Shown here: piece by piece, positions 38,546 through 49,038 of the stretch | Layout: every line of letters begins with the position of its first letter | Numbering within the stretch: position 1 is the stretch's first letter | Assembly (NCBI GenBank): GCA_048939625.1 | Contig: JBHLPH010000010.1 | Coordinates: forward strand, 1 to 64,000 | Reading direction: 5' to 3' | Length of the DNA stretch: 64,000 nucleotides | DNA from: Promethearchaeota archaeon | GTDB taxonomy: Archaea; Asgardarchaeota; Hermodarchaeia; Hermodarchaeales; Hermodarchaeaceae | Translations under genes and position numbers: made by a program | Notes under the pieces: model-generated | What the model was told of the DNA's origin: nothing | The model's input: the letters and a program-made list of their open reading frames with translations, nothing else | Databases searched by the model: none

Positions 38546-39805
38546 ATGCCTCCCCGGAAAACAATGCCCAAACAGGCAGAAGTCAATATAGGATTAGTGG
38601 GCCATGTTGATCACGGAAAAACCACCTTAGCCAAGGCCCTTTCTGGGGAATGGACGGATCGCCATTCAGAAGAAATTCGCCGAGGAATCTCGATTAAATT
38701 AGGCTACGCTGATGTCACCTTCTATAAATGTACAAAATGCCGTGGACCAGCAGCCTATTCAACCTCCTCCAAATGTGCGAAGTGTGGAGGGACCGCTGAA
38801 CCACTCCGACGAATATCACTTGTAGATGCACCTGGTCATGAAGTCTTGATGGCTACGATGATTTCGGGTGCGGCTTTAATGGATGGTGCATTGCTTCTTA
38901 TTGCCGCTGATGAGAAATGCCCCCAACCCCAAACAAGAGAGCACCTTGCTGCTCTCGAAATCATCGGTGTTGACAAAATTATAATCGCCCAAAACAAGGT
39001 AGAAGTTGTCTCCGAAAAAGAGGCTTTAGCAAATTACAAAGAAATCAAGCGATTCGTGACTGGTTCTATTGCTGAAAACGCCCCAATAATCCCAATCTCT
39101 GCTATGTTTGGTACCAACATCGATTTCCTCATCCAAACCATCGAAGAAGTCATTCCGACTCCGAAACGGGATTTACAGAAACCCGGATTATTCTATGTAG
39201 CTCGATCCTTTGATATTAACAAACCAGGGACACGACCAAAGGAATTACACGGAGGAGTAATTGGTGGAACCATCATTCAAGGCAAAGTCTCCGTAGGCGA
39301 TGATCTTGAAATCCAACCCGGTATTCCTGTAAGGAAAGATAAGGGCGGGCTTTCATTTGAACCAATTCACACCACAGTCAAAAGCATTCAAACTGGAACG
39401 GGTATAGCCCTAAAAATAGCCCATCCTAGCGGACTTATCGGAATGGGAACCAACCTTGACCCCTCCGTAACTCGCGCTGACGCCTTAATTGGGAACCTCG
39501 CTGGACCCGTCGGTCAGCTTCCCCCAATAGTTGAGGAAGTAACACTAGAATCCCACCTACTGAAACGAGTTGTCGGATCAGTTGAACAGACTGCGGTACA
39601 ACACATTAAGCAAAACGAAACTCTAATGCTAATTGTGGGATCCTCGGCAACAGTAGGAGAAGTCAAAAAGATAGGCTCGAAAAACCGGATTACATTTGTA
39701 CTCCGAAAACCCGTTGCAGTCATTTCTAATCAACGAGTAGCGATTAGTCGCCAAATCGAAATGCGGTGGCGATTAATTGGATGGGGCACCGTCATTGCTA
39801 ATTAA
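38546..39805 (+). CDS. eif2g: Translation initiation factor aIF2 gamma
   Basis: GHVDHGKTT, RGISIKLGY, DAPGHE, RSFDINKPG, WRLIGWG. Confidence 0.97.
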   Translation: MPPRKTMPKQAEVNIGLVGHVDHGKTTLAKALSGEWTDRHSEEIRRGISIKLGYADVTFYKCTKCRGPAAYSTSSKCAKCGGTAEPLRRISLVDAPGHEVLMATMISGAALMDGALLLIAADEKCPQPQTREHLAALEIIGVDKIIIAQNKVEVVSEKEALANYKEIKRFVTGSIAENAPIIPISAMFGTNIDFLIQTIEEVIPTPKRDLQKPGLFYVARSFDINKPGTRPKELHGGVIGGTIIQGKVSVGDDLEIQPGIPVRKDKGGLSFEPIHTTVKSIQTGTGIALKIAHPSGLIGMGTNLDPSVTRADALIGNLAGPVGQLPPIVEEVTLESHLLKRVVGSVEQTAVQHIKQNETLMLIVGSSATVGEVKKIGSKNRITFVLRKPVAVISNQRVAISRQIEMRWRLIGWGTVIAN

Positions 39806-40220
39806 TTCGAATACTCCTCGGGGCATCCAAGTCTTATTGGATACTAACTTTCTTCTGCTCCCTTTCCAACGCCAAATCGACATTTATGAGGAAATTCCCC
39901 GCCTATTAGGTGGTCAGGTGCAATTTCTTATTCTCCCTCAAATCCTAACTGAATTAAAATGGTTGAAAACAAAAGCATCAGCTAAGGATAAAATTGCAGT
40001 AAAGAGTACAATGACAATGATTTCTCAACATTGCCAAATTGTCGAAAACCTTCCTCCCGCCATTCAGGATTTGGATGCTGATTCAGCCCTATTACGTTTA
40101 GCCCAAGAAACCGGTGCCATTGTTGCCACAAATGATAGCGAATTGCGACGAAAACTGGTGAATCAGGGTTCTCGCGCCATATTTTTACGAAAACTAGCTG
40201 TACTAGCGCTTACTGAGTAG
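39795..40220 (+). CDS. PIN-domain protein (Fcf1/Utp24-like)
   Basis: LLDTNFL, DAD, VATNDSELR; conserved eif2g-PIN-rpoE position; start uncertain. Confidence 0.85.
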   Translation: MLINSNTPRGIQVLLDTNFLLLPFQRQIDIYEEIPRLLGGQVQFLILPQILTELKWLKTKASAKDKIAVKSTMTMISQHCQIVENLPPAIQDLDADSALLRLAQETGAIVATNDSELRRKLVNQGSRAIFLRKLAVLALTE

Positions 40221-40337
40221 GATTGCTCCCAAAATCAGCTTCAATTCCATAAAATAGAAAAGCTTATCAGCCCGACTTGTAATCCGTCCGAAATCGGAGG
40301 CAAGACTATCTACCAAGCTGTTACCATTAAAGGGCAT

Positions 40338-40916
40338 GTGCGCATTCCGCCGAACCGATTCAGCGAAGACCTCTATGAGGTCGCCGAGGAAATTCTCCGC
40401 GAACAATACGAAGGCATCATTGATGTTGACCTCGGATTCATCATCGCTGTCACAAATGTCGAAGATATCGGCGTGGGCAAAATCATTCCTGGTGACGGTG
40501 CCACCTACCACGATGTTAAACTCACAATTCTAACCTTTGAACCAAAGGTCAATTTCCTTACTCAAGGTGAAGTTGTTGAAGTAGTAGATTTTGGCGCATT
40601 CATTCGCCTCGGACCTCTTGATGGGCTCTGCCACGTAAGTCAAATCACCGACGACTTCTTCTCCTACGATCCTCGAAGTGCTGCCCTGGTGGGGAAAGAA
40701 ACCGGTCGAGTAATCTCTGAAGGCGATTTAGTTCGAACACGAATTGTAGCCGTAAGTATCGATGGTGGCGCGCGAAGTGGAAAACTGGGCTTGACAATGC
40801 GACAGCCTTTTCTTGGCAAGTTCGAGTGGATTAAAGAAGAAATTGCCAAATTAAAAGAATCCAAGCGAAAAGCAGAGAAAAAGAAAGAAGGTAAGGACAA
40901 ACCGAAGGATAAATAA
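40338..40916 (+). CDS. rpoE1: RNA polymerase subunit E' (Rpo7)
   Basis: RIPP, GDGATY, FGAFIRLGPLDGLCHVSQI, LTMRQPFLGK. Confidence 0.97.
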   Translation: MRIPPNRFSEDLYEVAEEILREQYEGIIDVDLGFIIAVTNVEDIGVGKIIPGDGATYHDVKLTILTFEPKVNFLTQGEVVEVVDFGAFIRLGPLDGLCHVSQITDDFFSYDPRSAALVGKETGRVISEGDLVRTRIVAVSIDGGARSGKLGLTMRQPFLGKFEWIKEEIAKLKESKRKAEKKKEGKDKPKDK

Positions 40917-40960
40917 CAGCTGTTCCTTGTTCTCCATCCGATTAACAGAGAGTGATGTAA

Positions 40961-41149
40961 ATGGCAAAGCGAAAAGCGTGTAAAGTCTGTCATGTCATGA
41001 CCACCAAGTCCCACTGCCCAGTCTGTAAAAGCACCAATCTTTCTGAAAGCTTTTCCGGGCTCGTACTGATTTTTGATCCGGAGCATTCGATGATCGCAAA
41101 GAAGCTTAACATCACGAAAGATGGAGAATACGCTCTCCAAGTCCGTTAG
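40961..41149 (+). CDS. spt4: Transcription elongation factor Spt4 (RpoE'')
   Basis: ACKVC..CPVC, S.IAKKL, GEYALQV. Confidence 0.95.
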   Translation: MAKRKACKVCHVMTTKSHCPVCKSTNLSESFSGLVLIFDPEHSMIAKKLNITKDGEYALQVR

Positions 41150-41158
41150 GTGAAGTAG

Positions 41159-41722
41159 TTGGCTGCCACGCAGCTGCGACAATGTACTTTAGTTCTCCCA
41201 AAACATCTCCGTGAATCCCTAAAAGGCCCCAAGGGTAAACTCTTTTCACGAAAAGACTTAGGCGCAGCGAAAGATGCCTGTACCTATATTCGCAAACACA
41301 AACTAAGTCCAGTCATTGCAGTCGGTGACCTTGTATCGATTAATCTCATGAAAGTTGATTGCCAAGCCACTCTGTCAATTATAGATGGGAAAACCAAGCG
41401 AAATGATTCTATCGAGTATGGTATTCCGACAGATGTAACTTTCACCGCGACCAACGCTGCTACAGAAATTCGACCTGAGGTGTGGATAGCTATTGAACTT
41501 GCTCTTGCAGCAGGACAAACTGGGAAAACTGCGAAACTCTTAATAGAGGGCGAAGAGGACCTAACGGCACTACCCGCAGTGGCTCTTGCACCCAATGGGT
41601 CTGCCGTTGTTTATGGACTTCCTGATCAAGGCATCGTTGTTATCAAAGTAGCCTCAGAGCATAAACAGGCGGTTCACACAATACTGCAAAAAATGGTGCA
41701 AAAAAATGAAAATCAAGATTGA
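41159..41722 (+). CDS. DUF359 GTP-dependent dephospho-CoA kinase
   Basis: AVGD, DGKTKR, GEEDL, YGLP. Confidence 0.88.
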   Translation: MAATQLRQCTLVLPKHLRESLKGPKGKLFSRKDLGAAKDACTYIRKHKLSPVIAVGDLVSINLMKVDCQATLSIIDGKTKRNDSIEYGIPTDVTFTATNAATEIRPEVWIAIELALAAGQTGKTAKLLIEGEEDLTALPAVALAPNGSAVVYGLPDQGIVVIKVASEHKQAVHTILQKMVQKNENQD

Positions 41723-42248
41723 AGAAAAACAGGAGAACCCCCTCCTCAACCGACAGGACATCTCATTCCAAGTTGACCATTCTGGGGTAGCAACCCCTCC
41801 ACGTATTGATGTCCGAGCTAAACTTGCTGCCATGCTGAACTGCAAGGAAGATCAGCTTTACATCGTGAAATTGAATGGCCTGTACGGGCAATCCGTCGCC
41901 CATGGTTATGCCCATCTTTATCCCTCAAAGGAAGTTGCCCTCTTACAAGAACAGAAACATTTGATTAAGCGGCATGCTACCAAAGAAGAAGCTGCTACTC
42001 CAGCAATGGAAATCCCCGAGCCTGCTCCAAAGGAAACACCGGAAGAAGAAAAACCTGAGCCAAAAGCAGAGAAACCAGTAAAAGAAAAAGAGCCAAAAAA
42101 GCCTCCTGCAAAAGAAGCCCCGAAGGAAGAGCAAAAGAAAGAGGAACCCAAGGCCGCTCCCCCTAAAAAGGCCGCTCCTCCTAAAGAGAAGCCGAAGCCT
42201 AAAGAGAAGAAGGCAGAAAAGCCTTCTGGGGAGAAGACCACTTCATAA
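41706..42248 (+). CDS. rps24e: 30S ribosomal protein eS24 with K/E/P-rich tail
   Basis: ENPLLNRQ, ATPPR, GYAHLY. Confidence 0.94.
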   Translation: MKIKIEEKQENPLLNRQDISFQVDHSGVATPPRIDVRAKLAAMLNCKEDQLYIVKLNGLYGQSVAHGYAHLYPSKEVALLQEQKHLIKRHATKEEAATPAMEIPEPAPKETPEEEKPEPKAEKPVKEKEPKKPPAKEAPKEEQKKEEPKAAPPKKAAPPKEKPKPKEKKAEKPSGEKTTS

Positions 42249-42274
42249 TCAAAAATCCCGAAAGGTGAACTCTG

Positions 42275-42457
42275 ATGACAAAAACCCATGAATATTACTC
42301 AGTTGGAAAGGATGGGAAACTCGAACGCAAACGAAGGTCCTGCCCCCGATGTGGTGAAGGGTCCTTCATGGCCGAACATAGCAACCGATTCCACTGTGGT
42401 AGCTGTGGCTTCACGGAATTTAAACACTCCAAGAAGGAAAAGGAGAAAGAAACTTAG
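42275..42457 (+). CDS. rps27ae: 30S ribosomal protein eS31 (S27ae)
   Basis: CPRCG..FMAEH..R.HCGSCG. Confidence 0.96.
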   Translation: MTKTHEYYSVGKDGKLERKRRSCPRCGEGSFMAEHSNRFHCGSCGFTEFKHSKKEKEKET

Positions 42458-42542
42458 ACAATCCGACCCAATAATCATTTCGTGGGTCATTACCGTTACA
42501 TCCAATAGGAATCAACTTGCTATTAGGTCTGGATAAATCACA

Positions 42543-43529
42543 ATGGCTGTTCTTGGGATTGAAAGTACCGCACATACACTTGGCATTGGAATTGTCGATA
42601 CTTCTGGGCAAATACTAGCGGATATCAAATCAGTATACACGCCTCAAGAAGGCGGTATCCACCCTCGAGAGGCTGCTGAACACCACCAGAGAAATGTGCT
42701 AGCTGTGTTGCAGGAAGCATTTGAGCAATCTGGCCTTCTCTCCACCCAACTTAAAGGTATTGCATTTTCTCAAGGTCCAGGTCTGCCACCTGCCCTCCGT
42801 ATTGGCGCTGTCCTTGCCCGAAGTCTTGCAAGAAGCTTGGATGTCCCACTTCTCGGGGTCAACCATTGTGTTGCCCATATTGAGCAAGCCCGATTCTTTA
42901 CAGAAGCAAAGCACCCGCTTGTAATTTATCTGTCAGGTGGAAATACTCAGATAACCACCCTTGCGGCTCACCGATATCGAATTTTCGGAGAAACCCTCGA
43001 TATTGCTCTCGGTAACATGCTTGATATGTTCGCTCGAGAAGCCAATCTCGCACATCCCGGTGGTCCCAAAATCGAACAATTAGCTAAACAAGCAAAGAAT
43101 GGATACCATGTCTTACCATATACAGTGAAGGGCATGGATCTAGCCTTCTCTGGACTCTTAACTGCAGCAAAGCATCTGCTTGAAAATGGAGTTCCTCTCG
43201 AAGAAGCCTGTTATAGTCTTCAAGAAACGGCTTTTTCCATGGTTGCAGAGGTATCCGAACGAGCTTTAGCCCATACTCAACGTAATGAAATGATCGTGAC
43301 GGGTGGAGTAGCTGCTAATTCACGCCTTAAAGAAATGCTACAAATCGTTGCAGAAGAACACTCAGCTCAATTCGCTTCAGTTCCTCCTAAATACGCAGGT
43401 GATAACGGTACAATGATTGCCTATAATGGTCTGCTCCTATTACAATCGGGAGGACAGACCTCGTTCTCTGAAAGCATGATTTTACCTAAATGGCGATTAG
43501 ATCAAGTCGATATTCCATGGGAGGCATGA
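42543..43529 (+). CDS. kae1: KEOPS t6A synthase Kae1
   Basis: LGIESTAHT, GGIHPRE, VNHCVAH, SGGNTQ, DNG. Confidence 0.97.
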   Translation: MAVLGIESTAHTLGIGIVDTSGQILADIKSVYTPQEGGIHPREAAEHHQRNVLAVLQEAFEQSGLLSTQLKGIAFSQGPGLPPALRIGAVLARSLARSLDVPLLGVNHCVAHIEQARFFTEAKHPLVIYLSGGNTQITTLAAHRYRIFGETLDIALGNMLDMFAREANLAHPGGPKIEQLAKQAKNGYHVLPYTVKGMDLAFSGLLTAAKHLLENGVPLEEACYSLQETAFSMVAEVSERALAHTQRNEMIVTGGVAANSRLKEMLQIVAEEHSAQFASVPPKYAGDNGTMIAYNGLLLLQSGGQTSFSESMILPKWRLDQVDIPWEA

Positions 43530-43536
43530 AATCTCG

Positions 43537-44178
43537 ATGTCCAAATTAATCGCTAAAGGCGCGGAAGCATCCCTTTATCTCGAGACCTTTTATGGACATG
43601 CAGTTATTCGCAAACACCGTCGTCCCAAACCGTATCGGCTTCCCCAACTTGATTCCAAACTCCGCGGTGAACGTACCATTCGTGAAGCTCGCCTGCTTTC
43701 TGCAGCGCGTCAAATTGGTGTAGCCACGCCCGTACTCTATCAGATTGATGTGGACTCAGCAACCATTATCATGGAATATATTGATGGCGACCGAGTGAAG
43801 GAAATGATTCCCGGAATCCCACCAGCTAAGCGACGCACACTATTCCAAAAGATTGGTCAATCCGTGGGGACTTTACACCGCAATGAAATTGCTCATGGTG
43901 ACTTGACCACCTCTAATATACTCATGCGCAATCCGCAGTGCATTTATTTCATTGATTTTGGTTTAGCCATGAACACACAAAATATTGAAGATTTTGGAAC
44001 GGATATCCATTTGCTGCATCGAGCACTTCTTAGTACTCATTATCCCCACTGGGAAGACTGTTATAGGGCATTTCAAGAAGGGTACCGCACTACCTTCGGA
44101 GAAAGCAGTGATGATGTTTTCCGCAAGGTAGAAGCGATTGAAAGTCGAGGACGATACATTACTGAGAGAATCCGGTGA
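43537..44178 (+). CDS. bud32: KEOPS kinase Bud32
   Basis: GAEA, HGDLTTSN, IDFGL, RGRY. Confidence 0.96.
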   Translation: MSKLIAKGAEASLYLETFYGHAVIRKHRRPKPYRLPQLDSKLRGERTIREARLLSAARQIGVATPVLYQIDVDSATIIMEYIDGDRVKEMIPGIPPAKRRTLFQKIGQSVGTLHRNEIAHGDLTTSNILMRNPQCIYFIDFGLAMNTQNIEDFGTDIHLLHRALLSTHYPHWEDCYRAFQEGYRTTFGESSDDVFRKVEAIESRGRYITERIR

Positions 44179-44183
44179 ATTGC

Positions 44184-44762
44184 ATGCCACAACCTCTCCT
44201 CCTGTTTGTAACCGGGAACAAAAATAAATTCGCAGAAGCACAAAAAATCACAAATCGTGCTGGTATTCGTATTAAACAGTTTCATGAGCGTCCAACCGAA
44301 ATCCAATCCAGCTCTTTGCACGACATTGCCTACCACAGTTGCCAAGAAGTCCTCAAACAAGTTCAACAGCCTCTGTTTGTCGAAGATGCTGGTATGTTCA
44401 TTAATCGGTTCAATGGCTTTCCGGGACCCTACTCGTCCTATGTTTTGAAAACACTCGGTAATCCAGGACTTCTAAAACTCATGGAGAGAGAGAAGAACCG
44501 GGTCGCTGCTTTTCGCAGCGTGATTGCTTATGGAGAACCTAATCGTGAAATCCAGCTATTCGAAGGAGAAACTCGAGGTACCATTTCCCATAGACTTCGT
44601 GGAACCGAATGGGGATTTGATCCGATTTTTGTTCCCGATGAAGGGGATGGCTCCACTTATGCCGAGATGCCTGATGACATGAAAAACCGTATTTCTCATC
44701 GAGCCAAATCCTTAGCCAAGTTTGTCCAATGGTACCTGAAGTATGGTCCACAGACCACATAA
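44184..44762 (+). CDS. rdgB: XTP/dITP diphosphatase (Ham1/RdgB)
   Basis: TGNKNK, EDAG, GFPGPY, GFDPIF, SHR. Confidence 0.95.
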   Translation: MPQPLLLFVTGNKNKFAEAQKITNRAGIRIKQFHERPTEIQSSSLHDIAYHSCQEVLKQVQQPLFVEDAGMFINRFNGFPGPYSSYVLKTLGNPGLLKLMEREKNRVAAFRSVIAYGEPNREIQLFEGETRGTISHRLRGTEWGFDPIFVPDEGDGSTYAEMPDDMKNRISHRAKSLAKFVQWYLKYGPQTT

Positions 44763-44767
44763 CAGGG

Positions 44768-46043
44768 ATTTTCTTCGTGTACTTTTAAAGCCATTTTAGT
44801 GAAACAAATAATGTTGAAATGAATATTCATAAGGGGTATAAGACTGAGTTAAAGCTGAATGAAAGGCAAAAAGAGTTATGCAGAAGACATGCAGGTTGTG
44901 CTCGGTTTGCATATAATTGGGGATTACTTAGAAAAATTACTGAATACAAAGAAACCGGTTCTCAGATTAGTGCGATTGATCTTCACAAAGAGTTGAATCA
45001 ACTCAAGAAAACACATTACAAGTGGATGTATGAGGTTTCAAAATGCGCTCCCCAAGAAGCGCTACGAAATCTTGACAAAGCATTTATGCAATTTTTTCAA
45101 CGCATTCAAAGGGATGAGAAGCCTGGGTTTCCAAAATTTAAATCGAGAAAACGGGGCATCGGCTCTTTTAGATTAACAGGGGTGATTCGAGTTTTTCAAG
45201 ATTCAATTCAATTACCTCGACTTGGGAGGCTTCGGCTAAAGGAATCTGGATACCTACCCCCTGAATCGCAATGTATTCATATTCTCTCAGCAACTATTTC
45301 AGAAAAAGCGGGTCGCTGGTTTGTATCACTTCAGGTGCAGGAAGATATACTTGTAAAACAAAATTTCGGTCCCGTTGTTGGTATAGATGTTGGAGTTTGT
45401 TCATTGGTTACAATTTCTGATAGAACTGTTGTTGAAAATCCAAAAGCTCTGAATCGATTTGAGAGAAAAATAAAACGAAATCAAAAGGAGTTAGCTAGAA
45501 GAAAGCATGGGAGTAAAAATTGGGAAAAGACTCTTCACAGATTAAGGAAAACCTATTCACGAATCACACGGATTCGAAAGGATGCAATTCACAAAGTAAC
45601 GACTAAATTGGCGAAAACCAAGTCAATTGTAGTTATTGAGGATCTTAATGTGGAAGGCATGCGTAAGAATCGTCGTCTATCGAAATCAATCTCTGATGCA
45701 GGATTCTCCGAGATTCGTCGTCAATTGGAGTATAAAACAAAATGGTATGGATCAAAACTCAAGTTAGCACCTAGGTTTTATCCATCATCCAAAAGATGTT
45801 CACGGTGTGGCTTGATTAAGAATAAACTCTCTTTGTCAACAAGAATTTATCAATGCAAAAACTGCGGATTAGAAATTGATCGTGATCTAAATGCAAGTTT
45901 TAATTTAGAATTAGTCGCCGTGAGTCCCACGGAGACGATAAATGCCTGTTTTGAGATGGAAGGTTACAGCCGTCTGGCAGTGCCATCAATGATGCAGGAA
46001 CCGAGAAGGAGTTCAAATGAACTCTAAAGGAATCGGGGGACGG
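44768..46043 (+). mobile_element. Solo tnpB (IS1341/IS607-like) insertion, no tnpA; ends approximate
   Basis: AT-richer segment interrupting the rdgB-rps15 junction; structured 3' end. Confidence 0.65.
44819..46027 (+). CDS. tnpB: TnpB RNA-guided endonuclease (IS200/IS605/IS607 family)
   Basis: N-terminal HTH_OrfB (GCARFAYNWGL), RuvC GIDVG / IEDL / DRDLNA, zinc finger CSRCG..CKNCG. Confidence 0.95.
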   Translation: MNIHKGYKTELKLNERQKELCRRHAGCARFAYNWGLLRKITEYKETGSQISAIDLHKELNQLKKTHYKWMYEVSKCAPQEALRNLDKAFMQFFQRIQRDEKPGFPKFKSRKRGIGSFRLTGVIRVFQDSIQLPRLGRLRLKESGYLPPESQCIHILSATISEKAGRWFVSLQVQEDILVKQNFGPVVGIDVGVCSLVTISDRTVVENPKALNRFERKIKRNQKELARRKHGSKNWEKTLHRLRKTYSRITRIRKDAIHKVTTKLAKTKSIVVIEDLNVEGMRKNRRLSKSISDAGFSEIRRQLEYKTKWYGSKLKLAPRFYPSSKRCSRCGLIKNKLSLSTRIYQCKNCGLEIDRDLNASFNLELVAVSPTETINACFEMEGYSRLAVPSMMQEPRRSSNEL

Positions 46044-46063
46044 ATACAATTAAATAGCGTTGT
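45905..46063 (+). ncRNA. Putative TnpB omegaRNA (scaffold overlapping tnpB 3' end plus guide)
   Basis: Hairpins CCGTGAGTCCCACGG, CCTG...CAGG and GAGTTCA-AA-TGAACTC; position typical of omegaRNA. Confidence 0.55.
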
Positions 46064-46136
46064 CTATTCCTGCTCTCCGGTGCTCTGCACCTAAAGCTCC
46101 TGTTCATGCAGGTTACTCATCAAATTGGTGTATTGA

Positions 46137-46592
46137 ATGGCTCGAATGCATTCACCCCGAAAGGGCAGGTCTCATTCCAAACGCCCAATCCGGCTGGAAA
46201 CCCCTGATTGGTGTCAACGGACACCAGAGGAGGTTGAAGAGCTAGTTGTGAAATTAGCAAAGGAAGGTCATCAACCATCCATGATTGGGCTTAAACTACG
46301 GGATCAATATGGTATTCCACTCACTAAGGCTATTACCGGAAAAACCATCACACAGATTCTCAACGAGAATGAGCAAGCACTTCGGGTTCCTGAAGATCTC
46401 TTCCACCTCATTAATCGGGCCGTTACCCTTCGACGACACCTTGAAGAGTCGAAAAAGGACCTACACTCTCGATACGGGCTTCGGCTAATTGAGAGTAAAA
46501 TTCGACGCCTAGTGAAATATTACCGTCGACGAGGTGTTCTCCCTCAAGACTGGAAATACACACCAGAGCAAGCCGCGCTCCTCATTCGCTAG
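46137..46592 (+). CDS. rps15: 30S ribosomal protein uS15
   Basis: [31 protein letters not shown]. Confidence 0.97.
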   Translation: MARMHSPRKGRSHSKRPIRLETPDWCQRTPEEVEELVVKLAKEGHQPSMIGLKLRDQYGIPLTKAITGKTITQILNENEQALRVPEDLFHLINRAVTLRRHLEESKKDLHSRYGLRLIESKIRRLVKYYRRRGVLPQDWKYTPEQAALLIR

Positions 46593-46618
46593 GCGTAGAG
46601 GATTGTTGGCTGATTTCC

Positions 46619-48115
46619 TTGACAAAAGATTTAGACCGCCTTTTAGAAGTTGCAGATTCGGCAGCCGGTCGAATCAATGACTGGATTGAAGCAAACGAAC
46701 CTGTTTTTATCACATCACACCTTGATGCTGATGGTATTTCCGCTGCTGGCATCATCGCCTCAGCTCTACATCGTCGAAATGCATCATTTCAGCTTCGAAT
46801 CACTCGCCAGCTTGACCAACTCTTTTTGTCTGAATTACGTACTAATGGTTCTAAACGACTCATTTTCTGTGATTTAGGTAGTGGACAACTGCCGCTAATA
46901 GAGAAAGAATTGAATGATGCAGAGATACTAATCTTAGATCATCATCCTCCACACAAAAAGAAACCTGCATCCAATATCCGGCAAGTCAACCCACACGAGT
47001 CAGGTTTTGATGCAACCTATGAGATATCAGGCGCAGGTGTCGCTTATCTTGTTGCCCGACATCTTGGCAACTCAAATGAAGATTTAGCTGGATTAGCAGT
47101 CGTTGGGGCGCTAGGCGATATTCAAGATAGAGGAAAACAGCATGATTTCGTAGGTCTGAATCGCGAAATTATTGTCGAAGATGCTATTGCTAGCGGTGTC
47201 ATCGACCGCTCCATTGATATGCGTATTTTCGGACGCGAAACTCGTCCTATTCATGTTGCCCTCCAATATAGTAGTGATCCCTATATTCCTGGAATTAGTA
47301 ACGACCCTGAAGGGGCCTTGAATTTCCTTGCTGACCTCGATATTGACCTGCGAGATGGTGATGAATGGCGAACTATAGCATCTCTCTCAAAGGAAGAAAA
47401 ACGTAAACTCAACTCTGAACTTGTCACTTATATGCTCAAACAGAATATCCCTCCACGAGAAGCCCAATCGCTTATCGGTGTTGTCTTTACTCTTACCCGT
47501 GAAGAAAAAGGGAGCTATCTCCGAGACGCTCGGATGTTCTCCACACTACTCAACGCAACAGGGCGGTCTAATCAAGGAGGAATCGGCGTCGCAATCTGTA
47601 TGGGTGACAGACAAGACCTCCTCCGGAAAGCTGAAACTATTCTGAAAGAATACCGCGAACAACTGGCTTTAGGCCTCCAATGGCTAACAGATGATGCTGA
47701 CGCTGTAACGAAGATGCAACTGATACAGACATTCCATGCCAAAAATCGTGTTCCAGATACAATTGTCGGATCCATCGCAGGCATGGCTCTAAACTCGCGA
47801 ATTCTTGACTGGTCCAAACCAGTCATCGCCTTTGTGTATTCCCGAGATGGCCGAGTTAAAGTATCAGGACGAACGACACGCCGAATCGTTGAAGCAGGAG
47901 CTGATCTTGGCCAAGCCATGAAACAGGCAACAGAGGAAATCGGTAGTGGCTCAGAGGGAGGTGGTCACAACATCGCCGCTGGTGCTACCATTCCGCGCGG
48001 TCAAGAAGAGCAGTTTCTAAAAATTATCGAAAGGATTCTCCGAAAACAATTGGGTCGAATGAAAGAGCTCAGTGTTCAACCTGATGAGAATGCGAATGAG
48101 GAAACAATTAAATAG
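46619..48115 (+). CDS. RecJ/Cdc45-like DHH phosphoesterase
   Basis: SHLDADG, DLGSG, DHH, GGGHNIAAGA; conserved rps15-DHH-rps3ae synteny. Confidence 0.9.
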   Translation: MTKDLDRLLEVADSAAGRINDWIEANEPVFITSHLDADGISAAGIIASALHRRNASFQLRITRQLDQLFLSELRTNGSKRLIFCDLGSGQLPLIEKELNDAEILILDHHPPHKKKPASNIRQVNPHESGFDATYEISGAGVAYLVARHLGNSNEDLAGLAVVGALGDIQDRGKQHDFVGLNREIIVEDAIASGVIDRSIDMRIFGRETRPIHVALQYSSDPYIPGISNDPEGALNFLADLDIDLRDGDEWRTIASLSKEEKRKLNSELVTYMLKQNIPPREAQSLIGVVFTLTREEKGSYLRDARMFSTLLNATGRSNQGGIGVAICMGDRQDLLRKAETILKEYREQLALGLQWLTDDADAVTKMQLIQTFHAKNRVPDTIVGSIAGMALNSRILDWSKPVIAFVYSRDGRVKVSGRTTRRIVEAGADLGQAMKQATEEIGSGSEGGGHNIAAGATIPRGQEEQFLKIIERILRKQLGRMKELSVQPDENANEETIK

Positions 48116-48178
48116 CCGCGGCAAGGTTTTGCCCTTCACACTTCCCAAAAAAGACTAGACTTTGAAAGGTAACTAATT

Positions 48179-48772
48179 ATGAGCCGACAATCCCGAGTTC
48201 GTGACAAATGGCGTGAAAAACGCTGGTACATGATGGTAGCCCCCTCATCCTTCGGAAACGTGGAAATCGGAGAAACTCCTGCTGCCAATGCGAAGGTTTT
48301 GGTTGGGCGAAGGGTCGAAACCACGCTCTATGCCATTTCAGGAGATTTTAATCAGATTCACATCAAGCTGTATTTTCAAATCAATGAAGTAAAAGGTGAC
48401 AAAGCCTACACCTACTTTGCTGGTCATGATTTTACACGGGATTATCTTCGAAGTCTAGTTCGCCGAGGAAGTAGTCGAATCGATGGCATCTTCGACGTAA
48501 AGACCAAAGATGGCTATGAAATTCGTGTCTACGCCATCGCCTTCCCGATGCGACGAGCCAAAACCACCCAACAATCAGCGATTCGTGAAGTCATGCAAAA
48601 AATCATCACTAAACGTGCCAAGCAACTCAACTTCGATGCCTTCATTCAGGAATGTGTTCTCGGCAAAATCGGCAGCGACATCTATAATAAAGCTAAAACC
48701 ATCTTCCCGTTACGGAAGAGCGAGATTCGGAAAAGTAAGCTTCTCGCTCCACCCGCCGCTGCTGCGAGCTAG
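48179..48772 (+). CDS. rps3ae: 30S ribosomal protein eS1 (S3Ae)
   Basis: DKWREKRWY, DYLRSLVRRGSSRID, IFPLRK.EIRK. Confidence 0.97.
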   Translation: MSRQSRVRDKWREKRWYMMVAPSSFGNVEIGETPAANAKVLVGRRVETTLYAISGDFNQIHIKLYFQINEVKGDKAYTYFAGHDFTRDYLRSLVRRGSSRIDGIFDVKTKDGYEIRVYAIAFPMRRAKTTQQSAIREVMQKIITKRAKQLNFDAFIQECVLGKIGSDIYNKAKTIFPLRKSEIRKSKLLAPPAAAAS

Positions 48773-49038
48773 CCTCTCCTGATTTTTACCTAATGGGTTT
48801 CTTTGCAGTACATTTAAGGTGATATTACCTCCTTTAAGCGCGCGCATGTTATGGAGATATTAGCAGGTTTTTATACAAGCTTAGTTTCAGTAATCCTGCT
48901 TAAGTAAGGGGTTTGAAAGCTGGGGTTAAGCTTGAATTTAACTTCGAAAATTGAACCGACTTAAAACGGTTTTCTACAAAAGCGAACCGGTAAGGCTTAT
49001 TAGCGATAGAAGCGCGTACTAGCGAGGGTCTGGCTAGT

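Noticed and set aside
48773-49038. Replication origin with ORB elements
   Set aside because: No recognisable ORB repeats and no cdc6/orc1 gene nearby.
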